From an uncultured euryarchaeote (GTDB lineage Archaea > Thermoplasmatota > Poseidoniia > Poseidoniales > Poseidoniaceae): a stretch of DNA of 64,000 nt. The position numbers were made by a program, and so were the translations under genes. The stretch lies in assembly GCA_937899865.1 (NCBI GenBank), contig CALBRH010000063.1, positions 79,510 through 143,509 on the forward strand, read 5' to 3'. The first letter of the stretch is position 1. Each line of letters begins with the position of its first letter. This document shows positions 1 to 9,664 of this stretch, in pieces. The notes beneath the pieces were generated by a model, which made no database searches, was not told where the DNA came from, and saw only the letters and a list, made by a program, of their open reading frames with translations.

Positions 1-2849
1 TTGAAGAATTCATTAGCAACTTGGATTCAGCAAAATCCGATTTATCAGAATCAAAGATTTCACTAGATGAGGCGCAGGCTGAAGAGTTAGAAGTACAGAA
101 AATCATGGAATCTTCCGGCGATGAAAGCGCAAAGTTTTCTCAACAACTGACACAATTGCTATCAGAATTGGAACAAGCAAATGAAAGATTATCTGCGGCT
201 CAAAATGAAGTTAACAAAACAGCAGTACAGGCTGAGCTAATTACTGAACAATTAGCAATTTCTCAAGATGCTGCTGAAGAGAATAGGTTGTCTTTAGGAG
301 AACTTGAAATTCAAGGAGAGGAACTTTCTGGAAGTAATTCAGGCTTAGATAGAAATAAACTATCTAAGGACCTTATTACAGCACAAAGAAGCGAAGAGAA
401 ATTGGTTGAGGAGTCTCAATTGATAGAAACAAAGTTGAGGGAAGCAGAGAGAAGTAGGGAGCGGCTACGTGCTGAAATGGAGAACTCATCAGGTTCCAAA
501 GGGATGGCTGGAGGTGCCGCCGCAGTAATTGCTGCCCGAGATAATGGCGAATTAAGCGGAATTATTGGTACAATTGCAGAATTATGCGCTCCTGTTGATT
601 CAAGTCATGAAAGCGCTTTAGCAACTGCAATTGGAGGTGGAATGACTTCAATTGTTGTTGAAAACGATGAAATAGCTGCTAAGGCGATTAAGTGGCTTGC
701 AGAGAGGAGAGCCGGTAGAGCAACATTTTTGCCATTGAACAAACTAAACAATAACCGTGCTGCAGGAAAAGCACTTATGGTTTCGAAGAAACCTGGAGTG
801 GTAGGATTTGCTCATGAATTACTTGATTATGATCCAAAGATCGACATTGCAATCAAATTTGTATTGAGGAACACATTGATTGTAGATTCACTTTCTACTG
901 CTAGAAGTTACATGGGAGGTGTCAGATTAGTTACTTTGCGTGGCGATGTGACAGAGGCTGGAGGCGCAATGATTGGCGGCTCGAAACGTAAAATGTCAGT
1001 TTCTTTTGGTGGAGGAATCAAAGGTGCTAGTGAGATCGAAAAGATTTCTGGAGAAATCGAAAAATTACAGTTAATGTCTGAAACAGTTTCTGCTGCTTTA
1101 CATCAAGCTAGAAAGGAACAACAACAATTACGAACAAAAATCAATGAATTAACAGACAGCGATCAAGCTGTAAAATTACAAGAATGGCGAGCAGAATTAA
1201 AGCAAGCAAAATCAGTTTACAACAAATCTTTGGCAGAAGTAACTGCAAACGAAGTAAAATTGACTGATTTAGAAGTTCTTGCAAGTAAACAAATCGACGC
1301 TCTTGATGAGGCACAGTCAGTTGTCGCTGACCTTAATGTCAGTATTGGAGATACCAGGGAAGAGATGGAATCTGCAAGCCCTGACCATTTGAAAGACAGA
1401 CTCCATGCGGCTCAAATAAAGCGAGTAGATGCAGAAGGGGTAATGGCAAAGGCTCTAACAGCGCTGGAGAGCGGTAGTGAGCATGAGTCATTACTTAGCG
1501 ACAGAGTAGATGATTTAAGTTCAAGAATTGAATCTCTTAATTCGAATATAATCTCAAGGAGCGAAATGATTGATAATTTGCAAGCATCCATAGCGACAGA
1601 TTCTATTGAATTAAAAGACAGAGAAGAGGAAAGAACACAATTACTCGAGGAAAATAAAGGTCTGGAGGATGAAAGAATAGCTCTCGTTGATGAAAGAGCA
1701 AGTCTTCGAACAGAATTGACTCAAAAATCAACAGATGCTCAGTCTAGAAGAAGGCTAAGCGATGAACTTGGACGCTCTATTATCAACAAAGAAATGGTGA
1801 TTAATGAATTGTTTGCCGAAATGCAAAACAATCAAATTGAGCCTGCATCGGCTGATACTAGTTTACCATCTGTTGGTGATGCTGAGAAGCGAGTTAGAAC
1901 TCTAGAACGTTCGATGGAAAAGCATGGGCCAGTAAATATGCTTGCTATAGAACAATATGCTGAATGCGAAGAAAGACTTGATTCAATGAAGGTAGAGTTC
2001 AAGCAATTACAATCAAGAAGAGCAAACCTGGTTGAAATCACAGAGAAATTGGAATCACAAAGAAAAGAAAAACTAATCAAAGTTTTAGATAAGGTAAATG
2101 AGAATTTCAAGGAGTCTTACAAGATTTTGAGTGATGGAGGTAAAGGCGAATTGTATCTTGAAAATCCGGAAGAGCCATTCAAGGGAGGACTTGAATTATG
2201 GGCTAAACCTAAGGGTAAGTCATCCAAGGTGAATCGTTTACAATTGTCTGGCGGCGAACAATCGATGGCAGCTCTAGCGTTGATTTTCGCAATACAAGAT
2301 TATGATCCAAGTCCATTTTACTACTTTGATGAAGTAGACCAAAACCTAGATGCTATAAATGCAGAAAGGATTGCTAAAATGTGTAGAAAGAGAAGCAAGA
2401 AGGCGCAATTCCTAATGGTTACTTTGCGTAAAGTTTCACTACGTCTAGCCGATCACCACATAGGAATAACTCATGGTGGAGATGGTTGTAGTAGAAGAAT
2501 AGTTGATTTCGACCGTGAGAGAGCAATCAAACTAAGTGAAATAGAATCAGCTAAAAACAATCCACTAGATGAGAGAATTAGCGCTATTGCTCTTGAAAAG
2601 ATACTAGATGCTCAAACAGATATGCCAACAGTTCCAGAACCTCTACCTCCACCGAGTAGTTTGGGAGGACTGCTTAACTTCACCAATGATTTAGAAGAGG
2701 AAGAAACCACGATTTCAGGTCTTATGGAAAGAACCAGTGAGACCACAGAAGATATTGAAGAAAGGCGAGAAATAGTCGAAGCGATAGAATCTATAGAGCA
2801 AGAATCTGAACAAATAGAGCAAGAAAAGCAAGTCGAAGAAGAAATTTGA
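1..2849 (+). CDS. smc: Chromosome segregation protein SMC, 5'-truncated by the window edge (frame open from position 3)
   Basis: Coiled coils, hinge (GIIGTIAEL...GRATFLPLN...VTLRGDV), signature LSGGEQS, Walker B/D-loop FYYFDEVDQNLD; scpA and scpB follow directly. Confidence 0.97.
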   Translation, partial: EEFISNLDSAKSDLSESKISLDEAQAEELEVQKIMESSGDESAKFSQQLTQLLSELEQANERLSAAQNEVNKTAVQAELITEQLAISQDAAEENRLSLGELEIQGEELSGSNSGLDRNKLSKDLITAQRSEEKLVEESQLIETKLREAERSRERLRAEMENSSGSKGMAGGAAAVIAARDNGELSGIIGTIAELCAPVDSSHESALATAIGGGMTSIVVENDEIAAKAIKWLAERRAGRATFLPLNKLNNNRAAGKALMVSKKPGVVGFAHELLDYDPKIDIAIKFVLRNTLIVDSLSTARSYMGGVRLVTLRGDVTEAGGAMIGGSKRKMSVSFGGGIKGASEIEKISGEIEKLQLMSETVSAALHQARKEQQQLRTKINELTDSDQAVKLQEWRAELKQAKSVYNKSLAEVTANEVKLTDLEVLASKQIDALDEAQSVVADLNVSIGDTREEMESASPDHLKDRLHAAQIKRVDAEGVMAKALTALESGSEHESLLSDRVDDLSSRIESLNSNIISRSEMIDNLQASIATDSIELKDREEERTQLLEENKGLEDERIALVDERASLRTELTQKSTDAQSRRRLSDELGRSIINKEMVINELFAEMQNNQIEPASADTSLPSVGDAEKRVRTLERSMEKHGPVNMLAIEQYAECEERLDSMKVEFKQLQSRRANLVEITEKLESQRKEKLIKVLDKVNENFKESYKILSDGGKGELYLENPEEPFKGGLELWAKPKGKSSKVNRLQLSGGEQSMAALALIFAIQDYDPSPFYYFDEVDQNLDAINAERIAKMCRKRSKKAQFLMVTLRKVSLRLADHHIGITHGGDGCSRRIVDFDRERAIKLSEIESAKNNPLDERISAIALEKILDAQTDMPTVPEPLPPPSSLGGLLNFTNDLEEEETTISGLMERTSETTEDIEERREIVEAIESIEQESEQIEQEKQVEEEI

Positions 2850-2859
2850 GAGTGGTATT

Positions 2860-4032
2860 TTGGCATCTAAACAATCAGCACTGGACAAATGGTTCCTTAG
2901 ACAGGACATCATTAATCAGTTACTTGAGTCAGGTGAAGAATCTGAAGATGCGTTGAAATTTGCTGAAAGGATAATGCCAGTAGTCGAGGCAGAAGAATCG
3001 GAATATCAATCATTAGAAGACCCATTTGACCGTTCTGTAGCCTTAGTATTATCATTGGTTAAGGATCAAGAATTAAACCCCTGGGATGTCGATTTGTCTA
3101 CATTTCTCAAAGTATTTACTAAAAGAGTTAGGCTTGAGTCGGATAAACTCAATCTTCCAGCATGTGGTAGACTAATTAGAATGTCTTGGGAAGTATTGAA
3201 TCAACAAGCAATAGTTTTGTTTGACCGAGTACAAAATATGGATCAAGAAGATGAGTGGGAAGATGAGATAGATTTTGGATGGGAATCAGATTATGATGAC
3301 CAAGATTACCTATTTACTACTTCTATTCTAGAGGGCCAGGTTGATGACATTTTACCATCATTATTTGATGAGAGGATTCGAAGGGAAGAGGGCCGACCAG
3401 TAACCTTAGGAGAGTTATTATCTGCATTCAAAGATGCTGCGGAGGATGCTGAAGGGTTGAAGATTAGAGAAGAGAACCGTTTGGCGCATCAGGCAGAACT
3501 TGGAGAATATCTAAGCGATGTAGGGGGAAGGATGCATAATGAGGATTTGGAAGGAGATATATTCCGTTGTTGGAGTGCTCTAAGAAAAACCTGTAAAAAA
3601 TTCGATTCTGTCAAAGTAAGAGTAATTGATGTAATGAAAGAATTAGGTGTTATTTTGGAGCAAGAAAATGGCCATGAGCCCGAAGGCTATGAAGAAGAAG
3701 CTAAGGTCGCCTCATTTATTGCTAGTCTATTTTTAACTCACAGAGGATATGCTTTAATCAGCCAAGATGAAGTTCCATATGGTGAAATAATGTTGGAAGA
3801 TTTGTGGCCTAATGTTGCTGAGTTTGAAGAAGTTAATCAAAGGATAGAGGAAAAGAAGAATGTTCAATCACAGGAAAGCGAGAAAGAAGAAACAGGCTCG
3901 GTTCAATTTGCTAAAAGAAGAGCTGAGAAGTTGAGAATAAAGGAAGAAAAAGAGCGTGCTGCGATGGAGAAGTCGATTGCTGAGCAAGAGGTTAAAGAAG
4001 ACCTCCCCTCACACGAATGGTTAGTGGAGTAA
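2860..4032 (+). CDS. scpA: Segregation and condensation protein A (kleisin)
   Basis: LNPWDVDL kleisin N-terminal motif, R(E)EGRPVTLGELL, C-terminal FIASLFL; lies between smc and scpB. Confidence 0.88.
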   Translation: MASKQSALDKWFLRQDIINQLLESGEESEDALKFAERIMPVVEAEESEYQSLEDPFDRSVALVLSLVKDQELNPWDVDLSTFLKVFTKRVRLESDKLNLPACGRLIRMSWEVLNQQAIVLFDRVQNMDQEDEWEDEIDFGWESDYDDQDYLFTTSILEGQVDDILPSLFDERIRREEGRPVTLGELLSAFKDAAEDAEGLKIREENRLAHQAELGEYLSDVGGRMHNEDLEGDIFRCWSALRKTCKKFDSVKVRVIDVMKELGVILEQENGHEPEGYEEEAKVASFIASLFLTHRGYALISQDEVPYGEIMLEDLWPNVAEFEEVNQRIEEKKNVQSQESEKEETGSVQFAKRRAEKLRIKEEKERAAMEKSIAEQEVKEDLPSHEWLVE

Positions 4033-4044
4033 GGATTTGGTTAC

Positions 4045-4650
4045 ATGTCGGAATTACAACTTGATACCTTACTTGAAGCAACTCTGTTTGGTGCAGGAAG
4101 ATCTATGTCAGTTACCGAACTTTGCGAGTCTTTAGGTTATGATGAAGATGAGATGTTAGATTGTTTGTATTCGCTTCGCTCAACATTGAAAAGACGACGA
4201 GGAGGGGCTTTGCAAATTGCAGAGGTCGGCGATCGATGGGCTATTGAAGTAAAGCCAGAGATTGCTGAACATCTCCCCAAAGAGGCGAAAACGGAATTGC
4301 CGAAAAAATTGCTAAAAGCAGCCTCTCTTATCGCATATCATCAACCAATGACGCAATCTAGATTAGTTGAATTATTGGGACAAAAAGCCTATGATTATGT
4401 TAGAGAACTTGCTCAATATGGCATGATTGATAGAAGGAAAGACGGCAATACTAGAAGGCTGACTACTACTAGAAGATTCTCAGAAGCCTTTGGATGTCCA
4501 TATACTGACAGAAAGAAAGTCAAAGCATGGTTTAGGGAACAGGTCCAAAAAACAGGTATTTTGGATGATCTTGAGTCCAGCGACGTGGTAAAAGATGAAT
4601 CAGAATATCAAGGAACGGTTCAAGATACTCTTAAATTTGAAGAAGAATGA
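4045..4650 (+). CDS. scpB: Segregation and condensation protein B
   Basis: LEATLFGAG, SLIAYHQPMTQSRL and TTTRRFSEAFG match the ScpB tandem winged-helix pattern. Confidence 0.92.
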   Translation: MSELQLDTLLEATLFGAGRSMSVTELCESLGYDEDEMLDCLYSLRSTLKRRRGGALQIAEVGDRWAIEVKPEIAEHLPKEAKTELPKKLLKAASLIAYHQPMTQSRLVELLGQKAYDYVRELAQYGMIDRRKDGNTRRLTTTRRFSEAFGCPYTDRKKVKAWFREQVQKTGILDDLESSDVVKDESEYQGTVQDTLKFEEE

Positions 4651-5970
4651 TTATTCCTTTCTTAATTCGTCTAAGATATTCTTTACAGTTGTCTGTGTTT
4701 TAGGTCCGTTATGAGCCTGCAATCTCGCAGCAACTAATTCGATCTCTTCACCCACTGCCCCAGCACTAACAGCCATGTTTCTTGAGTGTAATTTCATGTG
4801 ACCTGCTTGGATTCCACTGGTTGCTAATGCTCTAAGTGCTCCTAGGTTTTGTGCTAACCCAGCAGCGCAAATGATTCCAGCAAGCTCATTTGCTGATTGA
4901 ACGCCTAGTATTGCTAGGTTGGCTTTTGCGGTAGGGTGCACTTTTGATGCTCCACCAACAATTCCCACTGCCATAGGAGTTTCAATTCTGCCAACCAGGT
5001 TACCTTCATCATTAATACTCCAATTTGTCATCGAAGAATAATGATTATTGGAATATGCTGACCATGCATGACATCCAGCCTCAATTGCTCGCCAGTCTTG
5101 TCCACAAGCAACCGCTACACTGCTAATTGCATTCATTACGCCTTTGTTATGTGTAGTGGCCCTAAATGGGTCTGCAACAGCAAAATGATGCGCTTCTATG
5201 ATTCCATTGATTACTTCTTTACCATTCTCAATACTGCCATCGCTGGAGAGTTCTTCAGGTGTGAAAATCGCTTCAACTCTTGCTAATCTGTGGGCTGCTA
5301 GATTAGATAAAATCTTCAAATGAACTCTTCCTCCAGTTAAACGTTCTACTTCTGGGGCAATTAATTCAGCCATCGTATTCACTGCATTAGCGCCCATTGC
5401 ATCTCTGCAGTCTACAATGATGTGAAGGATTAGCATAGGTCCAGATAGCGTTTCAATTACTCTTGTTTCGATGCGTTTGCAACCTCCTCCTAATTTGATC
5501 ATAGTAGATGGTAAACTATTGCACAAAGCAATTATCTCATCTTTAGACTGGTTTAGGTTTTTCATCGCCTCTTGTATGTCAGGTGCATCTAGGATTTGTA
5601 TTTGGCCAATCATCAATGGGGCATCATTTTGAGTATGGAATCCGCCGTTTTGTAGGCATCTTTTTGCCATATTAGATGCAGCTGCAACGACACTAGATTC
5701 TTCTAAACAAAATGGAATTAAGTAATGCTTCCCATCGATTACAAAGTTTGTAGCAATGCCAACAGGTAATGACATTGTGCCAATTACATTTTCAATCATC
5801 CTATCAGCAGCTTCATCAGATAATTCTCCATTGTTAGCTAAAGCCTCAACTTGTTCATCTGAAATGCCAGATAATTTCTGAACTAATTTTCTTCTATCAT
5901 CTACTGACAATTTGAAGAATCCACTCAAACGACTATTCTCTACAGGCACCCTCTCACCATGCATAGGCAT
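4651..5970 (-). CDS. hmgA: Hydroxymethylglutaryl-CoA reductase, class II
   Basis: ENVIG, EESSVVAA, DAMGAN, KILSNL, THNKG, GIQAGHMKLH motifs of class II HMGR. Confidence 0.95.
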   Translation of the reverse strand: MPMHGERVPVENSRLSGFFKLSVDDRRKLVQKLSGISDEQVEALANNGELSDEAADRMIENVIGTMSLPVGIATNFVIDGKHYLIPFCLEESSVVAAASNMAKRCLQNGGFHTQNDAPLMIGQIQILDAPDIQEAMKNLNQSKDEIIALCNSLPSTMIKLGGGCKRIETRVIETLSGPMLILHIIVDCRDAMGANAVNTMAELIAPEVERLTGGRVHLKILSNLAAHRLARVEAIFTPEELSSDGSIENGKEVINGIIEAHHFAVADPFRATTHNKGVMNAISSVAVACGQDWRAIEAGCHAWSAYSNNHYSSMTNWSINDEGNLVGRIETPMAVGIVGGASKVHPTAKANLAILGVQSANELAGIICAAGLAQNLGALRALATSGIQAGHMKLHSRNMAVSAGAVGEEIELVAARLQAHNGPKTQTTVKNILDELRKE

Positions 5971-6012
5971 GAGGAGTTGGCAAATAAGTCATGGGTTGAC
6001 ATCTTTAGCAAA

Positions 6013-6117
6013 TTAACGGGTTTAACGCTTTTACTAACGCGTTAATTATGCGTTAATTATACGTTATTTCAGTGATTAAAACGATTCGAATATTTCGATT
6101 AACACTAAATAACGCGT
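6013..6117. repeat. Symmetric TAACG/CGTTA repeat array in a divergent intergenic region
   Basis: TAACG at 6014, 6023, 6035; CGTTA at 6040, 6051, 6062 (11-bp period); perfect palindrome TAACGCGTTA 6035-6044; GCGTTAATTAT twice in tandem (6039-6060); further TAACGCGT at 6110. Confidence 0.75.
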
Positions 6118-6173
6118 CATAATGATCTTGAACTTGGTGAAATATCAAATACCTAATTGCTCGATGCTGTGAT

Positions 6174-7931
6174 ATGCGTGTAGATGGGCTTGGCTTTGAT
6201 TTACCGAACTTAACTTCTAATCCATTTTCTGCAATACCATTAGAAGGAAGCAAATCTGATTTGTATGTTGGCAGGCTAGATATTAGAAGGAGACTTGCAC
6301 AACATATCAAATTTAGATCTACTAGAAGGATACTAATGGCTGGTGATTTAGGGAGTGGAAGAACATCTTTACTACGCTGTTCGGCACTTGAAGCCCCAGT
6401 TTCAGTCCATATCGACCATATATCAGCCTCTAATCCTCATGAAAGTATACTGCAGAGAATGTATTCTGAATTAGTAGGATATGATTTTCCAACAAATACT
6501 GTAGAGTTGGTCAAGAAGATGGTCGATTTTTCTCATACATTTAGTGGAAGTTTGCCATTAATTGTCATCGATACTCCTAATGTAGAGGATAGTGTGCTAT
6601 ATGTTGCATTGAGGGAGGTTTTACCAGCATTGGAGCGGCTTCAAGCAGTAATTGTGGTCGTAGTAGAATCAAAGCAAAGGATGAATATTCCAGAAAGTGT
6701 ATTACATAGTTTTGACAATGTTGAGACATTACCCATCTTATCAATTGATGAGGTACAAGCTTTGGTTGAAAAGCGAATATCTTCGGTTAGTGATCAAGAA
6801 TTCTCTTTAGATTTTGAGAATGCTCGAGCAATTCACAGCAAGACTGGAGGTTTGCCATTAGAAGTTGTTAAGTTTATGCGAGATGCTATCGATAATTATA
6901 GAATGAATGATTCTAGTTCTAATCAGCAATATGAGCCACAGATTAATCAAAATGATGCTGTAGAAATTCAAGTTCAAGAACCAGTTTTACAAAACGATAA
7001 GAATCTAGTAGAAGTTAATGATTCAGAAATTATTGATGCATCAATGCCATGGAATGAGAGGGATAGTGAAAGTAAATCTTCCATGTTTGAGGCTCCAACA
7101 AACTTATTTGATTTTGATTTGGATTTAGATGGTTTATCAGAATCACAACAATCTGATAAACCGGTTGAAGATTTAGCATATTCTGCAAATCCAGATACAG
7201 AAGAGATAATCATTGCAGATTCTAAGCCGAGACCTAAGATAGATGCAGGAGCATTTGGTGGGTTACTTGGTAGAACTAGAGATTTTGATGAAATGGAGAA
7301 AAATGAACCTGAGGAAATGGTTAACCAACACAATAACGATGGTACTGAACTTTGGATTTCCAAGGAAATGATTGAAGCGGAAGAAAAGATTGAGTTCGAG
7401 GAACATAACTCTGCAGAATTGATTTATGATGAAATTGGATTGGAAGATGATGGAGATGAATTAGAGGAATTTAATACTCCTACTGTAGATGAAATTAGCA
7501 ACATTGCAGATAGTCAAGAAGATTCTTTAGCTATACAGAAAATAATGGCATTATTGGCCAATTTGGTTTCTCAAACATCGCAACAAAAAATACAACCAGG
7601 TGACGATTTCTTAGATTCTTTACTTAATCTTTCAGAAAAGCGATTTGGTGAAAAAATAGATTACCCACTAAATCCAACTGTATTATCTTCACTTAATTCT
7701 AGTGAATCATATGTTCTTTCAATAGCAAAAGTAAGAAAATACTCACCTAGTGATAAAGAAATCTTAGAACATTTGGGGATAAAGCGGCCAAGGTTGTCAC
7801 AAATCAGCAACAAGCTACTAAAGTCAGGAATTCTAAATGCTAGGATGAAGGGTCGAAGTAGATATTACGAATTAACTCAATCAGCAAAAGCCCAACTTAT
7901 TGCTTGGGGAATAATAGGAGGTGATGAATAA
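6174..7931 (+). CDS. AAA+/P-loop domain protein with long acidic linker and C-terminal winged helix-turn-helix
   Basis: VGR...RRL, Walker A-like GDLGSGRTS, Walker B-like LIVIDT, sensor-like TGGLPLEV; C-terminal EILEHLGIKRPRLSQISNKLLKSGIL...GRSRYYEL. Confidence 0.75.
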   Translation: MRVDGLGFDLPNLTSNPFSAIPLEGSKSDLYVGRLDIRRRLAQHIKFRSTRRILMAGDLGSGRTSLLRCSALEAPVSVHIDHISASNPHESILQRMYSELVGYDFPTNTVELVKKMVDFSHTFSGSLPLIVIDTPNVEDSVLYVALREVLPALERLQAVIVVVVESKQRMNIPESVLHSFDNVETLPILSIDEVQALVEKRISSVSDQEFSLDFENARAIHSKTGGLPLEVVKFMRDAIDNYRMNDSSSNQQYEPQINQNDAVEIQVQEPVLQNDKNLVEVNDSEIIDASMPWNERDSESKSSMFEAPTNLFDFDLDLDGLSESQQSDKPVEDLAYSANPDTEEIIIADSKPRPKIDAGAFGGLLGRTRDFDEMEKNEPEEMVNQHNNDGTELWISKEMIEAEEKIEFEEHNSAELIYDEIGLEDDGDELEEFNTPTVDEISNIADSQEDSLAIQKIMALLANLVSQTSQQKIQPGDDFLDSLLNLSEKRFGEKIDYPLNPTVLSSLNSSESYVLSIAKVRKYSPSDKEILEHLGIKRPRLSQISNKLLKSGILNARMKGRSRYYELTQSAKAQLIAWGIIGGDE

Positions 7932-8977
7932 TGTCTTGGAGCATATCTTGGTCATGGCAAGCCGCAGCAAGAATCTCAGCAATAGCTGCCGTTGAGGGAG
8001 GTATTGTAGTTAGTAATGGTTTGGAATTAGTACTAATTGAATCAGATGGACGTATTAGATGGACAGTAAAAACGCCATTCAAAGTTCATTCAATAAATTA
8101 TCATAATGGAGTTCTAGCTGCTCTTGCTGCTCATGGATTTTATGTAATTTCAACTACTGATGGTAGTATGTTACATGATGGAAGATCTACATATGGTGGT
8201 TTTACAGATGTATTATCTCGTCCAGGTGGTGGATGGATTTTATCTGGTAAAGAAGGTCAAATGCATCTATTTTCACATGAAGGAGTTGGCATAAAGAGAT
8301 TTGAAACAGGTAAAGTTAGGAGATTAGTAGGTTGGCTGGATAGAGAACATATTTTGTGGCAATCCGATGAAGGTAAACTATGGTGCGGAAGACTTGGCAA
8401 TAATTATTCAAAACGTTGTGTTGAAGATAGGATTTGGAGTTGGGTATCAAGACTTGACCAAGGTAGATTACTTTTACAAACCAGTTCAGGGGAAATCTGG
8501 GAAGGAGTGCCTCATCCATTTGGCTGGGATCATATTGAAAAGTTACAGTCTGATTCATTGGAACCCATGGAAGGAATAAGATGCGGTGATGGTTGGTGGG
8601 TCTTGGGAATAGAAGGATTACTGTATCATTTATCAGGTCTAAATAATGAGAATGATACTACTTTGGGACAAAATATGAATTTAGGAGATTTATTACAGAA
8701 AGTTACTGCTGATAGTATGGTTACAGCAACGAGAAATGGATTACTTAGAATGTGGAAAGCACCTCACTTGGCTAATTCAGAAAGAGAAAGTCGTTTCCAA
8801 GCCGCTGCTGAGGCTGCATTGGCTAGAAACTGGGATGAAAGGAAAGTAATGTTTGATCGTGCTAGACAAGCAGAAGACGAGGGTAGATTATCACTAGCTG
8901 TAGAATTATACCAGGCTCTTGGTAGACAAGAGGATGTCAAGAGATTACTAAAAAGACAAAAGGAGGGTGGAGAGTGA
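7931..8977 (+). CDS. Beta-propeller (WD40/PQQ-like) protein with helical TPR-like C-terminus
   Basis: Recurring short beta-strand/Trp/Gly-Asp units; C-terminal ARQAEDEGRLSLAVELYQALG; TAATG overlap with the upstream stop. Confidence 0.6.
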   Translation: MSWSISWSWQAAARISAIAAVEGGIVVSNGLELVLIESDGRIRWTVKTPFKVHSINYHNGVLAALAAHGFYVISTTDGSMLHDGRSTYGGFTDVLSRPGGGWILSGKEGQMHLFSHEGVGIKRFETGKVRRLVGWLDREHILWQSDEGKLWCGRLGNNYSKRCVEDRIWSWVSRLDQGRLLLQTSSGEIWEGVPHPFGWDHIEKLQSDSLEPMEGIRCGDGWWVLGIEGLLYHLSGLNNENDTTLGQNMNLGDLLQKVTADSMVTATRNGLLRMWKAPHLANSERESRFQAAAEAALARNWDERKVMFDRARQAEDEGRLSLAVELYQALGRQEDVKRLLKRQKEGGE

Positions 8978-9270
8978 CAATTGAAGATACAATCTCTAAA
9001 GAAAAGTTACTACATTACCTTAATCTAACCAAAGAAGCAAGAGAAAAGGCTACTGCAATACATCCAGAAGGTTCTAAGGAAGCAGAAATGCTTGCAGTAT
9101 TAATTAGAATGGCTGACGATTATTCCAGCGATGCTAACTATTTCATGGAAAATGGCGACTATGTCAGGGCTTTTGGTGCCATAAATTATGCTCATGCTTG
9201 GATTGATGCAGGTATCAAACTGAAACTACTAGATGGTCATGGAGATGACGATCTGTTTACTTTACCTTAA
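8974..9270 (+). CDS. DUF357 family protein
   Basis: MADDYSSDANYF..GDYVRAFGAINYAHAWIDAG is the archaeal DUF357 pattern. Confidence 0.85.
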   Translation: MTIEDTISKEKLLHYLNLTKEAREKATAIHPEGSKEAEMLAVLIRMADDYSSDANYFMENGDYVRAFGAINYAHAWIDAGIKLKLLDGHGDDDLFTLP

Positions 9271-9275
9271 TCGTT

Positions 9276-9656
9276 CTATAGACCTTCAATAAGTCTTAAA
9301 TGATTATTTTTTGCCACTTCAACAACTGAGCGACCTGATTGATATAATCGCTTTTTCAATGCCTTATCGATAGTCAAAACAGCGTAACTATGTTGTATTG
9401 ATAATTCGAAAATATAGTCATCAGTATGAGAATTTTCAAATGAATCCATAGAAACAGATTTTTGTTTTAGCAGTTCAAGTAACAATGACTTTCTTCTTGG
9501 TCTTTCAATTTCTAGAGCTTCAAGTTCAATCAAAACGCTATCTAGAAGAATCAATTCATAATTACCAAACATGCGTTCTAACTCTGATTCGAAATTGATA
9601 CCTGAATCAATTATTGCAACCCAGCCGCAGCTGTCAACAATAATTTTCTGTGTCAT
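9276..9656 (-). CDS. PIN-domain protein (Fcf1/Utp24-like)
   Basis: IIVDS, VLIELEAL, TDDYI, VLTIDKALKKRL; conserved position downstream of eif2g. Confidence 0.85.
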   Translation of the reverse strand: MTQKIIVDSCGWVAIIDSGINFESELERMFGNYELILLDSVLIELEALEIERPRRKSLLLELLKQKSVSMDSFENSHTDDYIFELSIQHSYAVLTIDKALKKRLYQSGRSVVEVAKNNHLRLIEGL

Positions 9657-9664
9657 TGTATCGC

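Noticed and set aside
1-4650. smc-scpA-scpB as a Wadjet/MksBEF anti-plasmid system
   Set aside because: It has a canonical SMC hinge and ScpA/ScpB motifs, the housekeeping gene order, and no JetD/Toprim nuclease nearby
4651-5970. Class II HMG-CoA reductase as a novel horizontal transfer
   Set aside because: Bacterial-type HMGR is already known in Thermoplasmata and Archaeoglobi
6013-6117. CRISPR array or tRNA
   Set aside because: Repeat units are only 5-11 bp with no unique spacers, there are no cas genes, and no cloverleaf is evident
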